A stretch of DNA of 64,000 nt from Abditibacteriaceae bacterium (GTDB taxonomy: Bacteria > Armatimonadota > Abditibacteriia > Abditibacteriales > Abditibacteriaceae). Location: positions 3,264,001-3,328,000 of the forward strand of contig OZ255721.1 of NCBI GenBank assembly GCA_965277285.1, given 5' to 3'. Position numbers and translations under genes: made by a program. Positions 1 through 9,117 of this stretch are shown piece after piece. The notes under the pieces are model-generated. The model saw nothing but the letters and a program-made list of their open reading frames with translations. It was not told the origin of the DNA and searched no databases. Position 1 is the first letter of the stretch. The number at the start of each line of letters is the position of its first letter.

Positions 1-1
1 T

Positions 2-229
2 GATTTCAAGTTGCAAATGGATTTGGAAGACGCCGTGAAAGCGGGCGATAGGCGTAAGATGACGAGCGTTTTGGAGCGCAAAAAGAAGATGACGCAGCGT
101 CTGGGCAAGACTTCGGCGACCAAAGTTCTGGACGATATGCAAGCGACGCTGCAAACTGGCGGCGCGATTTCCGCCGATGATCTGGCGGTTTCGTCAGTTG
201 AATCGAAGAAAACCAAGCGTTTGGGTTGA
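2..229 (+). CDS. C-terminal fragment of a gene running off the window start; possibly a VWA-domain protein of the FHA/kinase locus
   Basis: Open frame from base 2 to TGA at 227-229 with host-like codons. The VWA guess rests only on context and the KKTKRL-type C-terminus. Confidence 0.45.
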   Translation, partial: DFKLQMDLEDAVKAGDRRKMTSVLERKKKMTQRLGKTSATKVLDDMQATLQTGGAISADDLAVSSVESKKTKRLG

Positions 230-249
230 GGCACAAACGGAGGCAAACC

Positions 250-783
250 ATGAAAATCCCATATTTGCGTTGGCTGCCGATCTTGTTTGTTTTGCTGGCG
301 TTTTTTGGCGGTTCGAGTACTCGATGCGAGGCGCGAACGGCGCGCAATTGGCCAGAAGTTTCGCAATCGACCGAGTCCTTTGCGGATTCGGAGGCAATGT
401 CGCGCGCTGTGCAATATCTGTTGCGGGCACGCGGCTATTCGCTTGCCGTGGATGGTGCGTGGGGCATCCAGACAACGCGCGCGTTGCGTTCTTTTCAGCG
501 AAAGCATGGGTTGATCGCCAATGGTGTTTTGAAGGACACGACCTGGGAAGCTCTGGTCGTTCCCGTGCGGCGCAACAACACCGGCGATGCGGTGCGAGCA
601 GTTCAAGTCTTGCTGCGCGACGCTGGCTACGATTCGCCACTGAATGGTCTTCTTGGGCCACGCACGCAAGCCGATGTGCGTAAGTATCAAGCTGTAAAAG
701 GTCGCACGGTTGATGGCGTAGTTGGGAAATTTACGTGGTGCAGTCTCGTCGGTGGCACCGTCGGTGATGAAGCAGGTGACTGA
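250..783 (+). CDS. Secreted peptidoglycan-binding domain protein (two PG_binding_1 repeats)
   Basis: GGAGG SD before ATG 250; signal peptide; two repeats of the VxAVQxLL..GY...DG..G..T..A...FQ...G...DG pattern. Confidence 0.8.
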   Translation: MKIPYLRWLPILFVLLAFFGGSSTRCEARTARNWPEVSQSTESFADSEAMSRAVQYLLRARGYSLAVDGAWGIQTTRALRSFQRKHGLIANGVLKDTTWEALVVPVRRNNTGDAVRAVQVLLRDAGYDSPLNGLLGPRTQADVRKYQAVKGRTVDGVVGKFTWCSLVGGTVGDEAGD

Positions 784-816
784 TTTTTAGATTCAAAGAT
801 TCAAAAAGGAAAAGCG

Positions 817-1908
817 ATGATTAAATGTCCCAATCCCGATTGCGGTTACGAAAACGTGGACGGCACGCAGTTTTGTGAAGGCTGCGGCGAAGAATTGCCG
901 CAAAAAGCCGGCGTCAACGCTTCGACCAGCGCAACAGTCGCCACAGGAAACGCAGGCGGCAATACGCCGATTCATGGCGCCGCGACGGGTGCTTCGCCCG
1001 ACATGATTCGTTGTCCAGCTTGCGAAAACCTCAATCCCGCCGATAACGTTGTCTGCGAAGTTTGCGGAACCGAACTTCATCCAGGCGCCGCTTCAGGAAC
1101 GACTTCTCCGTTGGTTTCGGGTGCGACATCGAGTACTGGAACGGCGCCCGCAAGTTCGATTCACACGGTTCCTTCTGCCGATCCTTTGGCGACGGGAACT
1201 TCGACGCCGCCGTTGTCACTGGCGACTTCGAGTTTGGGATCGGGCAGCAATGCTGTTTCCGCGACTTCCGGCGCGACAGCTTCGGACGCGACACCTTCGG
1301 CTTTGGCGTCCGGTTTGGGTTCGACCATGGACACCTCGGCTTTCCCAATGCCGGCTGTACTCACAGGCGATACGACAAGCGGCATTTCGCCGACTGGCAC
1401 GACGTTGCCTTCGGGCGACGCGGCTTTGACATCACCAAATGCCACAAGCGCGCCGATTGCAGGCGCCATTGCCAACAGCGATCCGGTTTCCGCTTCGCCA
1501 ACTTCCGCGCTCGATACTTCGACGATAGATACTTCGACCGCACCTGCGGCAACTTCAACGGCGCCGTCCGGCAATTTGCAGCCAGGCCATGTGAAACTGA
1601 CGGTTGAACAGGGCATGACGATTGGCAAGCAGTTCGTGCTGGGCGATCCTGAAATCCTGGTCGGGCGCGAAGACGACGAAGAAGGCATTTATCCCGACGT
1701 AGATTTGAGCGATCAGGACGAAGGTTATGTGCATCGCAAGCACGCGCAGATGAAGTTTGAGAACGGCGGCTTAACGGTGACGCACTTGGGCGGCGCCAAC
1801 AAAACGCGCGTCAACAACAAACCTTTGGCCGACAACACGCCGCAAAACGTCAACATCGGCGACAAGGTTTCCTTTGGCAAAGTCGTGATGCGCGTCGGCA
1901 GCGTGTAA
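817..1908 (+). CDS. Zinc-ribbon and FHA domain protein
   Basis: Two N-terminal double-CxxC ribbons (CPNPDC..CEGC; CPAC..CEVC), Ser/Thr/Ala-rich linker, C-terminal FHA motifs (VGR..., VHRKHA, NKTRVN). Confidence 0.85.
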   Translation: MIKCPNPDCGYENVDGTQFCEGCGEELPQKAGVNASTSATVATGNAGGNTPIHGAATGASPDMIRCPACENLNPADNVVCEVCGTELHPGAASGTTSPLVSGATSSTGTAPASSIHTVPSADPLATGTSTPPLSLATSSLGSGSNAVSATSGATASDATPSALASGLGSTMDTSAFPMPAVLTGDTTSGISPTGTTLPSGDAALTSPNATSAPIAGAIANSDPVSASPTSALDTSTIDTSTAPAATSTAPSGNLQPGHVKLTVEQGMTIGKQFVLGDPEILVGREDDEEGIYPDVDLSDQDEGYVHRKHAQMKFENGGLTVTHLGGANKTRVNNKPLADNTPQNVNIGDKVSFGKVVMRVGSV

Positions 1909-1921
1909 AAGATGTGAATTG

Positions 1922-1958
1922 AAAAACGCGAACGTCAACTGTCGACGTTCGCGTTTTC
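1922..1958. terminator. Intrinsic terminator hairpin between convergent genes
   Basis: AAAACGCGAACGTC-loop-GACGTTCGCGTTTT followed by a T tract. Confidence 0.7.
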
Positions 1959-1960
1959 TT

Positions 1961-2392
1961 TTATCGAGTACTCGAAGTGCTCAATCCGTCATCAAACTCG
2001 CCGCCAACTTTGGGGCGCGCCCAAGAAAAATCGCCTTGCGGCCCGTCCCACGACAATTCATGTCGTCGCTCTTCAGGAACTTCCTTGAACAACTCTTGGA
2101 TATAATAAGCGAACAGCGAGTAGAAACGGCATTGGTCATCGTTGTTCTCGAAAAACTTTCGCGCTTGATAATTGAGAAAATGAATGTCGTGCTGTGTAAA
2201 ATTCTCAACTAAAATTGTTGCGGAAAGGTTGTGCACAAATTGCGCAACTTGATATTGATAGCGTAGAGCACTCTGACGCTTGGGTGGAAGAAGTTCGAGA
2301 AAATCGACCGCACAAAGCTGTGAAAGCTCGTTGCGATTGAAAGGTAAAGCCTGTGCTAAGATTTGGCGATAAATTTCTTGTTTTCGGCTCAT
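1961..2392 (-). CDS. Hypothetical protein, AT-richer, bracketed by two palindrome copies
   Basis: 143-aa ORF filling the gap; its last four codons (SSTR) are the palindrome. Confidence 0.6.
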   Translation of the reverse strand: MSRKQEIYRQILAQALPFNRNELSQLCAVDFLELLPPKRQSALRYQYQVAQFVHNLSATILVENFTQHDIHFLNYQARKFFENNDDQCRFYSLFAYYIQELFKEVPEERRHELSWDGPQGDFSWARPKVGGEFDDGLSTSSTR

Positions 2393-2476
2393 GAAATTAT
2401 TTTAACTTGTACTTCGAGTACTCGATTCCACGATTATTTCACTTGCGCGCGTTCAAAATAGCTTAAACTTCCCGCG

Positions 2477-4600
2477 ATGACAGCGACTTTGCGACACCAA
2501 ATCGGCGACTTGATTCAAGAACGCTACGAAGTGATCAGCGTTCTGGGCGCGGGCGCGTTCGGCACCGTGTATCAATGCCGCGACCGCGAACTGAACACGC
2601 TCGTCGCCATCAAAGAATTGCACGTTTTAGATACGCCGAACGCCGCGCCCGAACGCGAAGCCGCGCTCGTCAAGTTTCGCCAGGAAGCCGCCAATCTGTC
2701 GAATTTGCGCCATCCGCATATCGTGTCGGGACATTATCAGCCTTGTAGCGGCACCTGGCTGGTCTGCCCGATTTGTGGCCTGGCTTTCAAAGGAACGCCG
2801 ACTTGTCCGACGCATAATGCCAGTCCGGTTGTCATCAAGCAGCGCCATTATCTGGTGATGGAATATCTCAGCGGCCCCGATTTGACGCAGGCCGCGCAAT
2901 CTTCGGGCGGACGCTTGACGCCGCACGACGCGGTTCGCTTGTTGTTGCCGATCACCGATGCGCTGAGTTTGATTCACAGTCGCGGCCTGATTCACCGCGA
3001 CATCAAGCCGGAAAACATTCGATTGCGCACGCAAAACGACGACGCGGTTTTGCTCGATTTCGGCATCACTACGCAAAGCGGCGAAGAAGGCAGTTTTTCG
3101 ACGCGCGCGGTTCGCCACACAACCGGCGGCGGGACTTTGGGCTACGCGCCCGAATCGAGTGTCGAACGTCGTTTTCCCGATGCGCGCTCCGATATTCACG
3201 CGCTGGGCATGACGTTGTATGCGCTGGTTTCCGGCCTTGACCCGCTTGAAGACGACGATTTGCAAAAGATGCGGACGAAGCCACCGCGCACCTGGAACGC
3301 GGACATTTCTCCCGCAATGGAAACTCTGATTACGCGTGCCATCAGCGCCGATCCCGCGCGTCGTCCACAAACCGCGCGCGAATTTGGCGACGAACTCAAG
3401 CGTTCGGACAATGGTGCATCGGTTGTTCATTCAGCAACGGAAAGCACCTTCGCGCCGCAATCGAGTACTCGAACTGCGCTGCAAACCGCGCCCATGACAA
3501 CGCCCGTCACAACTTTGGCGCCACCTTTTACTTTTCGCTCGGGCGCTCAGGCGCATGACGTGCGCGAACTTGTGACGTTGATGGATCGAGATCGGGGCGA
3601 AGCCAAAGAATATCTTTACAGCGGCGATTTTGCGACATGGCTCAGCCAGATTGGGCGCGCGGATTTGGCGCAACGCGCGCGCGAAATTGTCGAGGAATAT
3701 CCCGACCAAAAGTGGCAAGGCTTAGAAGCTCTGGCGCAAGCGACGGGCTTGGCGCCGCCGCCGCAGATGTTGGTGCAACCCGGATTTCTCGACTTCGGCG
3801 TTGTTCCGCCAGGCAAGCGCGCCACCATTCCTTTAAGTTTGACCAACAACGGGCGCGGTCATTTGTTTGGCATTTTGCATTCGGGCGCGCGCGGCCTGGT
3901 TTTCCCCGAAGGTTTCGACGGCAACGCGCAAGCGATTTCCATTGCTTTTGATGCGCGCGGCCTGGAGCGTGGCGCGCATTCCGGTGAAATCGTGATCGAT
4001 TCTTCCGCCGGAGAATGGCGCGTGCCGTTTGCGGCGCAAATCGCAGGACGCGAAAAAGCGGCGAACGAAGGCGAGGACGGCGCGGTCGCGGTCGTTTCGT
4101 GGGGACTTCTGGGAATGTTGTGCGGCTTTATCGCGCGCTCTTTGCCGCTGTCGCATTCCGCAGCAGGACAGCACTGGCTTTCGTCAGGCGCGCAAATCGA
4201 TTATTTGCCGACAGCGCCGCTCTTTGGTCTGGCAATTTGCGGCGCGACCTTCGCGTTCGTAGTCGGCGAAGCGACGCGGCGTCGCAGTTGGTGGCTGTTT
4301 TTCGGCGCGTTGCTACCCGCGTTTTTGTTTTCCGTGATGTGCGGTTTAGCGGGACAATTATTGCTGCCCGCGGGTGATGGAGTACTCGAACCGCTGACAA
4401 AGGTGCTCGTCGGCAAATGGGCGGCAGGCGGCTGGATGCTCGCAGGCGGATTTGTAGGCGCGGTTTATGGAACGCTGCGCTGTCTGCGCGATATTTTTTC
4501 GTCGCGCATCATCAACCTCATCGGCGGCTGGCTCATCTTCGGCGCCACTTGCGGCGGCATTCTCTGGTTCGTTAATGCCATGCTGGACAAAGCGGGTTAA
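2477..4600 (+). CDS. Hanks-type Ser/Thr protein kinase with C-terminal beta-sandwich region and transmembrane helices
   Basis: LGAGAFGTVY, VAIKE, HRDIKPEN, DFG, GTLGYAPE and SDIHALG motifs; hydrophobic C-terminus. Confidence 0.92.
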   Translation: MTATLRHQIGDLIQERYEVISVLGAGAFGTVYQCRDRELNTLVAIKELHVLDTPNAAPEREAALVKFRQEAANLSNLRHPHIVSGHYQPCSGTWLVCPICGLAFKGTPTCPTHNASPVVIKQRHYLVMEYLSGPDLTQAAQSSGGRLTPHDAVRLLLPITDALSLIHSRGLIHRDIKPENIRLRTQNDDAVLLDFGITTQSGEEGSFSTRAVRHTTGGGTLGYAPESSVERRFPDARSDIHALGMTLYALVSGLDPLEDDDLQKMRTKPPRTWNADISPAMETLITRAISADPARRPQTAREFGDELKRSDNGASVVHSATESTFAPQSSTRTALQTAPMTTPVTTLAPPFTFRSGAQAHDVRELVTLMDRDRGEAKEYLYSGDFATWLSQIGRADLAQRAREIVEEYPDQKWQGLEALAQATGLAPPPQMLVQPGFLDFGVVPPGKRATIPLSLTNNGRGHLFGILHSGARGLVFPEGFDGNAQAISIAFDARGLERGAHSGEIVIDSSAGEWRVPFAAQIAGREKAANEGEDGAVAVVSWGLLGMLCGFIARSLPLSHSAAGQHWLSSGAQIDYLPTAPLFGLAICGATFAFVVGEATRRRSWWLFFGALLPAFLFSVMCGLAGQLLLPAGDGVLEPLTKVLVGKWAAGGWMLAGGFVGAVYGTLRCLRDIFSSRIINLIGGWLIFGATCGGILWFVNAMLDKAG

Positions 4601-4622
4601 TGCGTAAATAAAGGTGATTTCG

Positions 4623-5219
4623 ATGATTGACAGAGAAACCGCTCAAGCCTTGGTTGTGGAGTACCTCAAATCCATGAAAACACACTGGAAAGTAGACATG
4701 GCCATCATTGATGAAAGTACCGTTGAAAAAGATTACGGCTGGTTTTTCGTATGTAACTCCAAGGAATACGCTATTAGTCGCAATCCCGAAGATAGCGTAA
4801 TTGGCGGAGCACTTCTCTTTGTGAGTCGTGATACTGGGAAAGTACAGCCTATAAACTACTTCTCTTTAGCTGAAGCGATAGCGAATCACGAAGCGCAACA
4901 TCTTTGGGGATTTGAATTCGTTTTCTACGACCTCATTATTCAGGAAGTGCAACACAGGGAAACTGCACTTGACTATCTTGAAAAGTTACGCTTGGCTAAG
5001 TGGAAAACACGTAATTTACCCAGTGGGCTGTCAATTATGGGAATGAAGACTTATACAAGAGGCGAACTCAAGGAACGTCTCTTACAACTGCCCTGTGTCT
5101 TTGAACGACAAGGTATACGAAGGCAATTTCGTATCTTGCAGCAGATGGACAAAGATAATTCCCTAATCTATAAACTTGTTCCATCTCAAGACCAAAGAAA
5201 TCCAATGCAACCCGCTTAG
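4623..5219 (+). CDS. YrhB/Imm35-like immunity-type domain protein
   Basis: N-terminal IIDESTVEKDYGWFF..NS..Y....P...IGG..LFVSRDTG pattern; AT-richer composition. Confidence 0.6.
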   Translation: MIDRETAQALVVEYLKSMKTHWKVDMAIIDESTVEKDYGWFFVCNSKEYAISRNPEDSVIGGALLFVSRDTGKVQPINYFSLAEAIANHEAQHLWGFEFVFYDLIIQEVQHRETALDYLEKLRLAKWKTRNLPSGLSIMGMKTYTRGELKERLLQLPCVFERQGIRRQFRILQQMDKDNSLIYKLVPSQDQRNPMQPA

Positions 5220-5259
5220 AGATTCTTGCGATGGCGCACAATCGTTGATATTGACGCAC

Positions 5260-5332
5260 GGTTTGTCGTTCTGAGCAGAGCGAAGAATCTGGCCTAAAGA
5301 AAGGTTTTTCGCTCTGCTCAGAATGACAAACC
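5260..5332. repeat. REP-like hairpin, family A (GTCATTCTGAGCGCAGCGAAGAATC...GATTCTTCGCTGCGCTCAGAATGAC)
   Basis: Inverted arms; homologous copies at 12057, 18564, 26848, 34328, 36226 and 59638. Confidence 0.85.
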
Positions 5333-5398
5333 GCACGCTTTTGGCGTTTGAAAGCATTTGTAAGAATGCAATTGTGCGAGCGCTGAACGTAAATCAAG

Positions 5399-6040
5399 AT
5401 GATTTTGCAACGCATCGGCATTATTGGTGATGTTCATGCCGAAGACGAACTTTTGCGCATTGCGCTGGAGTTTTTGGCGACGCAAAACGTGGACGATATT
5501 TTGTGCGTCGGCGACGTTGTGGACGGCGCGGGCGATGAAAATCGTTGCTGCGAATTGTTGCGCGCTTTCGGTGTCAAAACGGTGCGCGGCAATCACGACC
5601 GCTGGATGTTTGAAAACACGATGCGCCATTTGCATGATGCGACAAAGCGCGAAGATTTAACGACTGAAAATGAAGCGTTTCTGCGAGGACTTTCGAGTAC
5701 TCGAAGTTTCCCAACTGTTGCAGGCGATTTGCTTTTGTGTCACGGCCTGGGCGAAAACGATATGCAGCGTCTCACGCCCGATGATGAAGGTTACGCGCTG
5801 GAATGCAAAGACGAATTGCAACGTTTGCTGCGCGATGGTAAATATCGTATTGTCGTTGCGGGTCACACGCATCATCGCATGGTGCGCGACTTTGGCAGCT
5901 TGATCGTCATCAACACGGGAACGTTGTTTCGACCGCACGAGCCGTGCTTTGCGACAGTTGACTTTGGCGAACGTTGGGTACAGTTTCACGATTTTGAGGC
6001 CGGCGCACTGATTCCGTTTTGTCGAAAAACCGTGTTTTAA
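5399..6040 (+). CDS. Metallophosphoesterase (calcineurin-like)
   Basis: GDVH, VGDVVD, RGNHD, HG and GHTH motifs. Confidence 0.9.
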   Translation: MILQRIGIIGDVHAEDELLRIALEFLATQNVDDILCVGDVVDGAGDENRCCELLRAFGVKTVRGNHDRWMFENTMRHLHDATKREDLTTENEAFLRGLSSTRSFPTVAGDLLLCHGLGENDMQRLTPDDEGYALECKDELQRLLRDGKYRIVVAGHTHHRMVRDFGSLIVINTGTLFRPHEPCFATVDFGERWVQFHDFEAGALIPFCRKTVF

Positions 6041-6045
6041 GAGCG

Positions 6046-6684
6046 TTACTTTTTATGCATTTCCGCTTGCATGGCGTCCAGAAGGTTCTTTTCGCGATCG
6101 TAATCGAAGCCAGTTTGCGCGAAAACGACAATGCCTTGGCGATTCAAGAGGAAAATGCTGGGATAAAGCTTGCCATTGTAAGTGTTCTTGAAAAGCTGTG
6201 CTTTTTCGTCAAAGGCAATCGGATAATTCAAGCCAAACTGGGTTTTGCAAACGCTGGCGACCGTATTCCAATTGTTTTCATCCGGGTCTTTGTCGCTCGG
6301 CGCTTGAATGCCGACAACTCTCAAGCCTCGCCCCTTGAACCTTTCATAGACATCGCGCAGGACGGGCGCGCTCGCCTGACAATGCGAACACTTGATGCGA
6401 AAAAACTCGACAATCGTAACGTGACCTTTGAAATCGCTCGGCTCCAGCGGCTTGGCGGTGTTCATCCAATACTTCGGCGCGATGTTCCATGCAGGTAAGG
6501 GTTTGCCAACGAACTGTTGAATGAGCTGATTAGGATTAAAATCTCCAACCGCATTGGAAGCGTTCACTGCAGGCATATTCGCCGTCGTTTTTGCCGCATC
6601 GTTTGCCTGTATTTGCTGATACGCCGGATATGCTATCAAGCCGATCAACAAACAGCCAATCACCGCGATTTTCCACTTTTCCAT
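6046..6684 (-). CDS. TlpA/ResA-like thioredoxin-fold redoxin
   Basis: N-terminal membrane anchor, CSHC active site, YPIAFD and cis-Pro loop YPSIFLL. Confidence 0.8.
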   Translation of the reverse strand: MEKWKIAVIGCLLIGLIAYPAYQQIQANDAAKTTANMPAVNASNAVGDFNPNQLIQQFVGKPLPAWNIAPKYWMNTAKPLEPSDFKGHVTIVEFFRIKCSHCQASAPVLRDVYERFKGRGLRVVGIQAPSDKDPDENNWNTVASVCKTQFGLNYPIAFDEKAQLFKNTYNGKLYPSIFLLNRQGIVVFAQTGFDYDREKNLLDAMQAEMHKK

Positions 6685-6722
6685 AATGCGTCCTGCCTTT
6701 TCGAGTACTCGAAATTGAATCT

Positions 6723-8285
6723 TTAATGCTTGAAGTGTCGCACGCCAGTGAAGATCATCGCAAGGTTTTCGCGGTCGCAGAGTGCAATCGAATCGGCGTC
6801 GCGGTTGCTGCCGCCCGGCTGAATAATCGCCGTCACGCCTGCCGTCGCCGCAGCTTGCGGCCCGTCATCAAATGGGAAAAACGCATCGCTGGCCAGACTT
6901 GCGCCGCGCGCGTTTTCGCCTGCTTGTTCAATCGCCAAACGGACGCTCGTCACGCGATTCATTTGTCCGGCGCCCGCGCCAATCAGCGAACCGTCGCGGG
7001 CAATCGCAATCGCGTTGCTTTTCAAGTGCTTGACGCATTGCCACGCATGAAGCAAATCAGCGAGTTCCGTTTCTGTCGGCGCGCGTTTGGTGACAACTTT
7101 CATATCGTTTGGCGAAAGTTCGTGCGCGTCGATGTCTTGCACTAAAAGTCCGCCGGAAACGCGCTTCCAGTCTTGGCGCAGCGTGGTTTTATCAGGCGTC
7201 GCGCCGGTTTCCAGCAATCGCAAATCGGCGCCCCAGCCCGAACGATTGCGCAACAATTCGAGCGCTTCGGGATCAAAGCCAGGTGCGATAATCGCGTGGT
7301 ACAGCGAACCTTTGACGATAATTTCTTGCGCTGTCGCCACATCGAGTACTCGATTGACAGCGATAATGCCGCCAAAACGCGAAACCGGATCGGCGTCGCG
7401 CGCTTTGACAAAGGCTTCGGCCAAAGTTTCGGCTTGCGCGCAACCGCACGGATTGGCGTGTTTCACGATGCACGCAGCGGGCGCATCGAATTCGCAAACC
7501 AGGTTCCAGGCGCCATCCAAATCGAACAGGTTGACGAAACTGAGCGCGATGCCGCTGAGTTGCCTGGCGCGCGCCAAAGTTCCCACAGCGGCGTCCTTTT
7601 CGCGGTAGAACGCGCCGCGCTGATGCGGATTTTCTCCGTAGCGCAACGTTTGCGCTTTCTCAAACGAGACATTCAATTCCGCCGGAAAGTCTTCGTCCGC
7701 ATCGTTCTTTTTGCCGCTGAGATAGTTCGTAATCGCCGCATCGTAAGCCGATGTGTGTGCATAAACTTTGGCGGCCAATTCGCGGCGCAATTCCAATGTC
7801 GTATCGCCGTTTTTCAACTGTTCGAGTACTCGATTGTAGTCTTGTGGATCGACGACAACCGTGACACTGGCGAAGTTTTTAGCGCCTGAACGCAGCATCG
7901 AAGGGCCGCCGATGTCGATGTTTTCAATCGCTTCTTCGTCGCTCACATCAGCGCGCGCGATAGTTTTCTGAAACGGATAAAGGTTGACGCAGACCAAATC
8001 AATCGGCGCGATATTGTGATTCTGAATCGCTTCCATGTGCGCGGGCACATCGCGGCGCGCCAGAAGTCCGCCATGAACGGCGGGATGCAGCGTCTTCACG
8101 CGCCCGTCCATCATTTCGGGGAAACCCGTCACGTCGGCCACGTCGCGCACGTTCAAACCGGCGTCGCGCAAGGCTTTAGCGGTACCGCCGGTTGAAAGCA
8201 ATTCAAAGCCGAGTTCGGAAAGTGCGCGCGCAAAATCCGCCACGCCACTTTTATCGGAAACACTAATTAACGCTTGTTTTTTCAT
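6723..8285 (-). CDS. purH: Bifunctional AICAR transformylase/IMP cyclohydrolase
   Basis: ALISVSDK, GRVKTLHP, IDIGGP, LRYGENPHQ, KHANPCG, SDAFFPF, RHFKH. Confidence 0.98.
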   Translation of the reverse strand: MKKQALISVSDKSGVADFARALSELGFELLSTGGTAKALRDAGLNVRDVADVTGFPEMMDGRVKTLHPAVHGGLLARRDVPAHMEAIQNHNIAPIDLVCVNLYPFQKTIARADVSDEEAIENIDIGGPSMLRSGAKNFASVTVVVDPQDYNRVLEQLKNGDTTLELRRELAAKVYAHTSAYDAAITNYLSGKKNDADEDFPAELNVSFEKAQTLRYGENPHQRGAFYREKDAAVGTLARARQLSGIALSFVNLFDLDGAWNLVCEFDAPAACIVKHANPCGCAQAETLAEAFVKARDADPVSRFGGIIAVNRVLDVATAQEIIVKGSLYHAIIAPGFDPEALELLRNRSGWGADLRLLETGATPDKTTLRQDWKRVSGGLLVQDIDAHELSPNDMKVVTKRAPTETELADLLHAWQCVKHLKSNAIAIARDGSLIGAGAGQMNRVTSVRLAIEQAGENARGASLASDAFFPFDDGPQAAATAGVTAIIQPGGSNRDADSIALCDRENLAMIFTGVRHFKH

Positions 8286-8438
8286 TTTTGATTAACCACA
8301 GAGACACAAAGAACACAGAGAAAAGTTTGGCGAAGTCCGCAGGGGCGTCAGCTTGCTGCGCCCGCGTTCAACAATCGACCAGAACGCCGACGTAGGGGTT
8401 TCGAGTACTCGAACTGCCTCCTGCATTCTGCTGACTGC

Positions 8439-9068
8439 CTACTTCTTTTTCACGAGACGGCCTTCGATGCGAATCTGGTCTTGCACGACGCGTTCGATAC
8501 ACTGCGCATACAACCGATGTTCCTGCATTTGCACGCGCGAGGAAAGCGTTTCGGGCGTATCACTGTCTTCGACGGGAACGCATGCCTGGCCGACAATCGG
8601 GCCGGTGTCGTAGCGTTCGTCGACCAGATGAACGGTGCAGCCGCTGACTTTGCAGCCGTGTTCGAGAACCGCTTTGTGAACTCGCATTCCATACATTCCC
8701 TGGCCGCCGAAAGAAGGCAGCAAACTGGGATGAACATTCAAAATGCGGCGCGGATACGCTTCCAGTAAAACGGCGCTGACACGTCGCAGGTAACCCGCCA
8801 AAACCAGAAACGAAACGCCTTCCTGATACAGCGCGTCGGCGATTTGATGTTCCCAATCGTCGGGGTTTTGAACCGAATTCGGCGGCAAAACCAGTGTCTT
8901 AATTCCGGCGGCGCGTGCGCGTGCGACGGCGCCATGTTCTTCGCTTGTCGAAACTAAGAGCGCGATGTGCGCGTGCAATTCTTCGCGCGCAATTGCTTCG
9001 AGTAGCGCGCCGAAGTTGGTGCCGCCCGACTTTCCCGAAACTAAAACGCCGATCTTTGCTGTCTTCAT
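8439..9068 (-). CDS. purN: Phosphoribosylglycinamide formyltransferase
   Basis: LAGY, LNVHPSLLPSFGG, GCTVHLVD..YDTGPI; adjacent to purH. Confidence 0.96.
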   Translation of the reverse strand: MKTAKIGVLVSGKSGGTNFGALLEAIAREELHAHIALLVSTSEEHGAVARARAAGIKTLVLPPNSVQNPDDWEHQIADALYQEGVSFLVLAGYLRRVSAVLLEAYPRRILNVHPSLLPSFGGQGMYGMRVHKAVLEHGCKVSGCTVHLVDERYDTGPIVGQACVPVEDSDTPETLSSRVQMQEHRLYAQCIERVVQDQIRIEGRLVKKK

Positions 9069-9117
9069 TTTGCGGTCTTCATCGAGTACTCGATTTCAAA
9101 AACGTCAGGAAAGTGCA

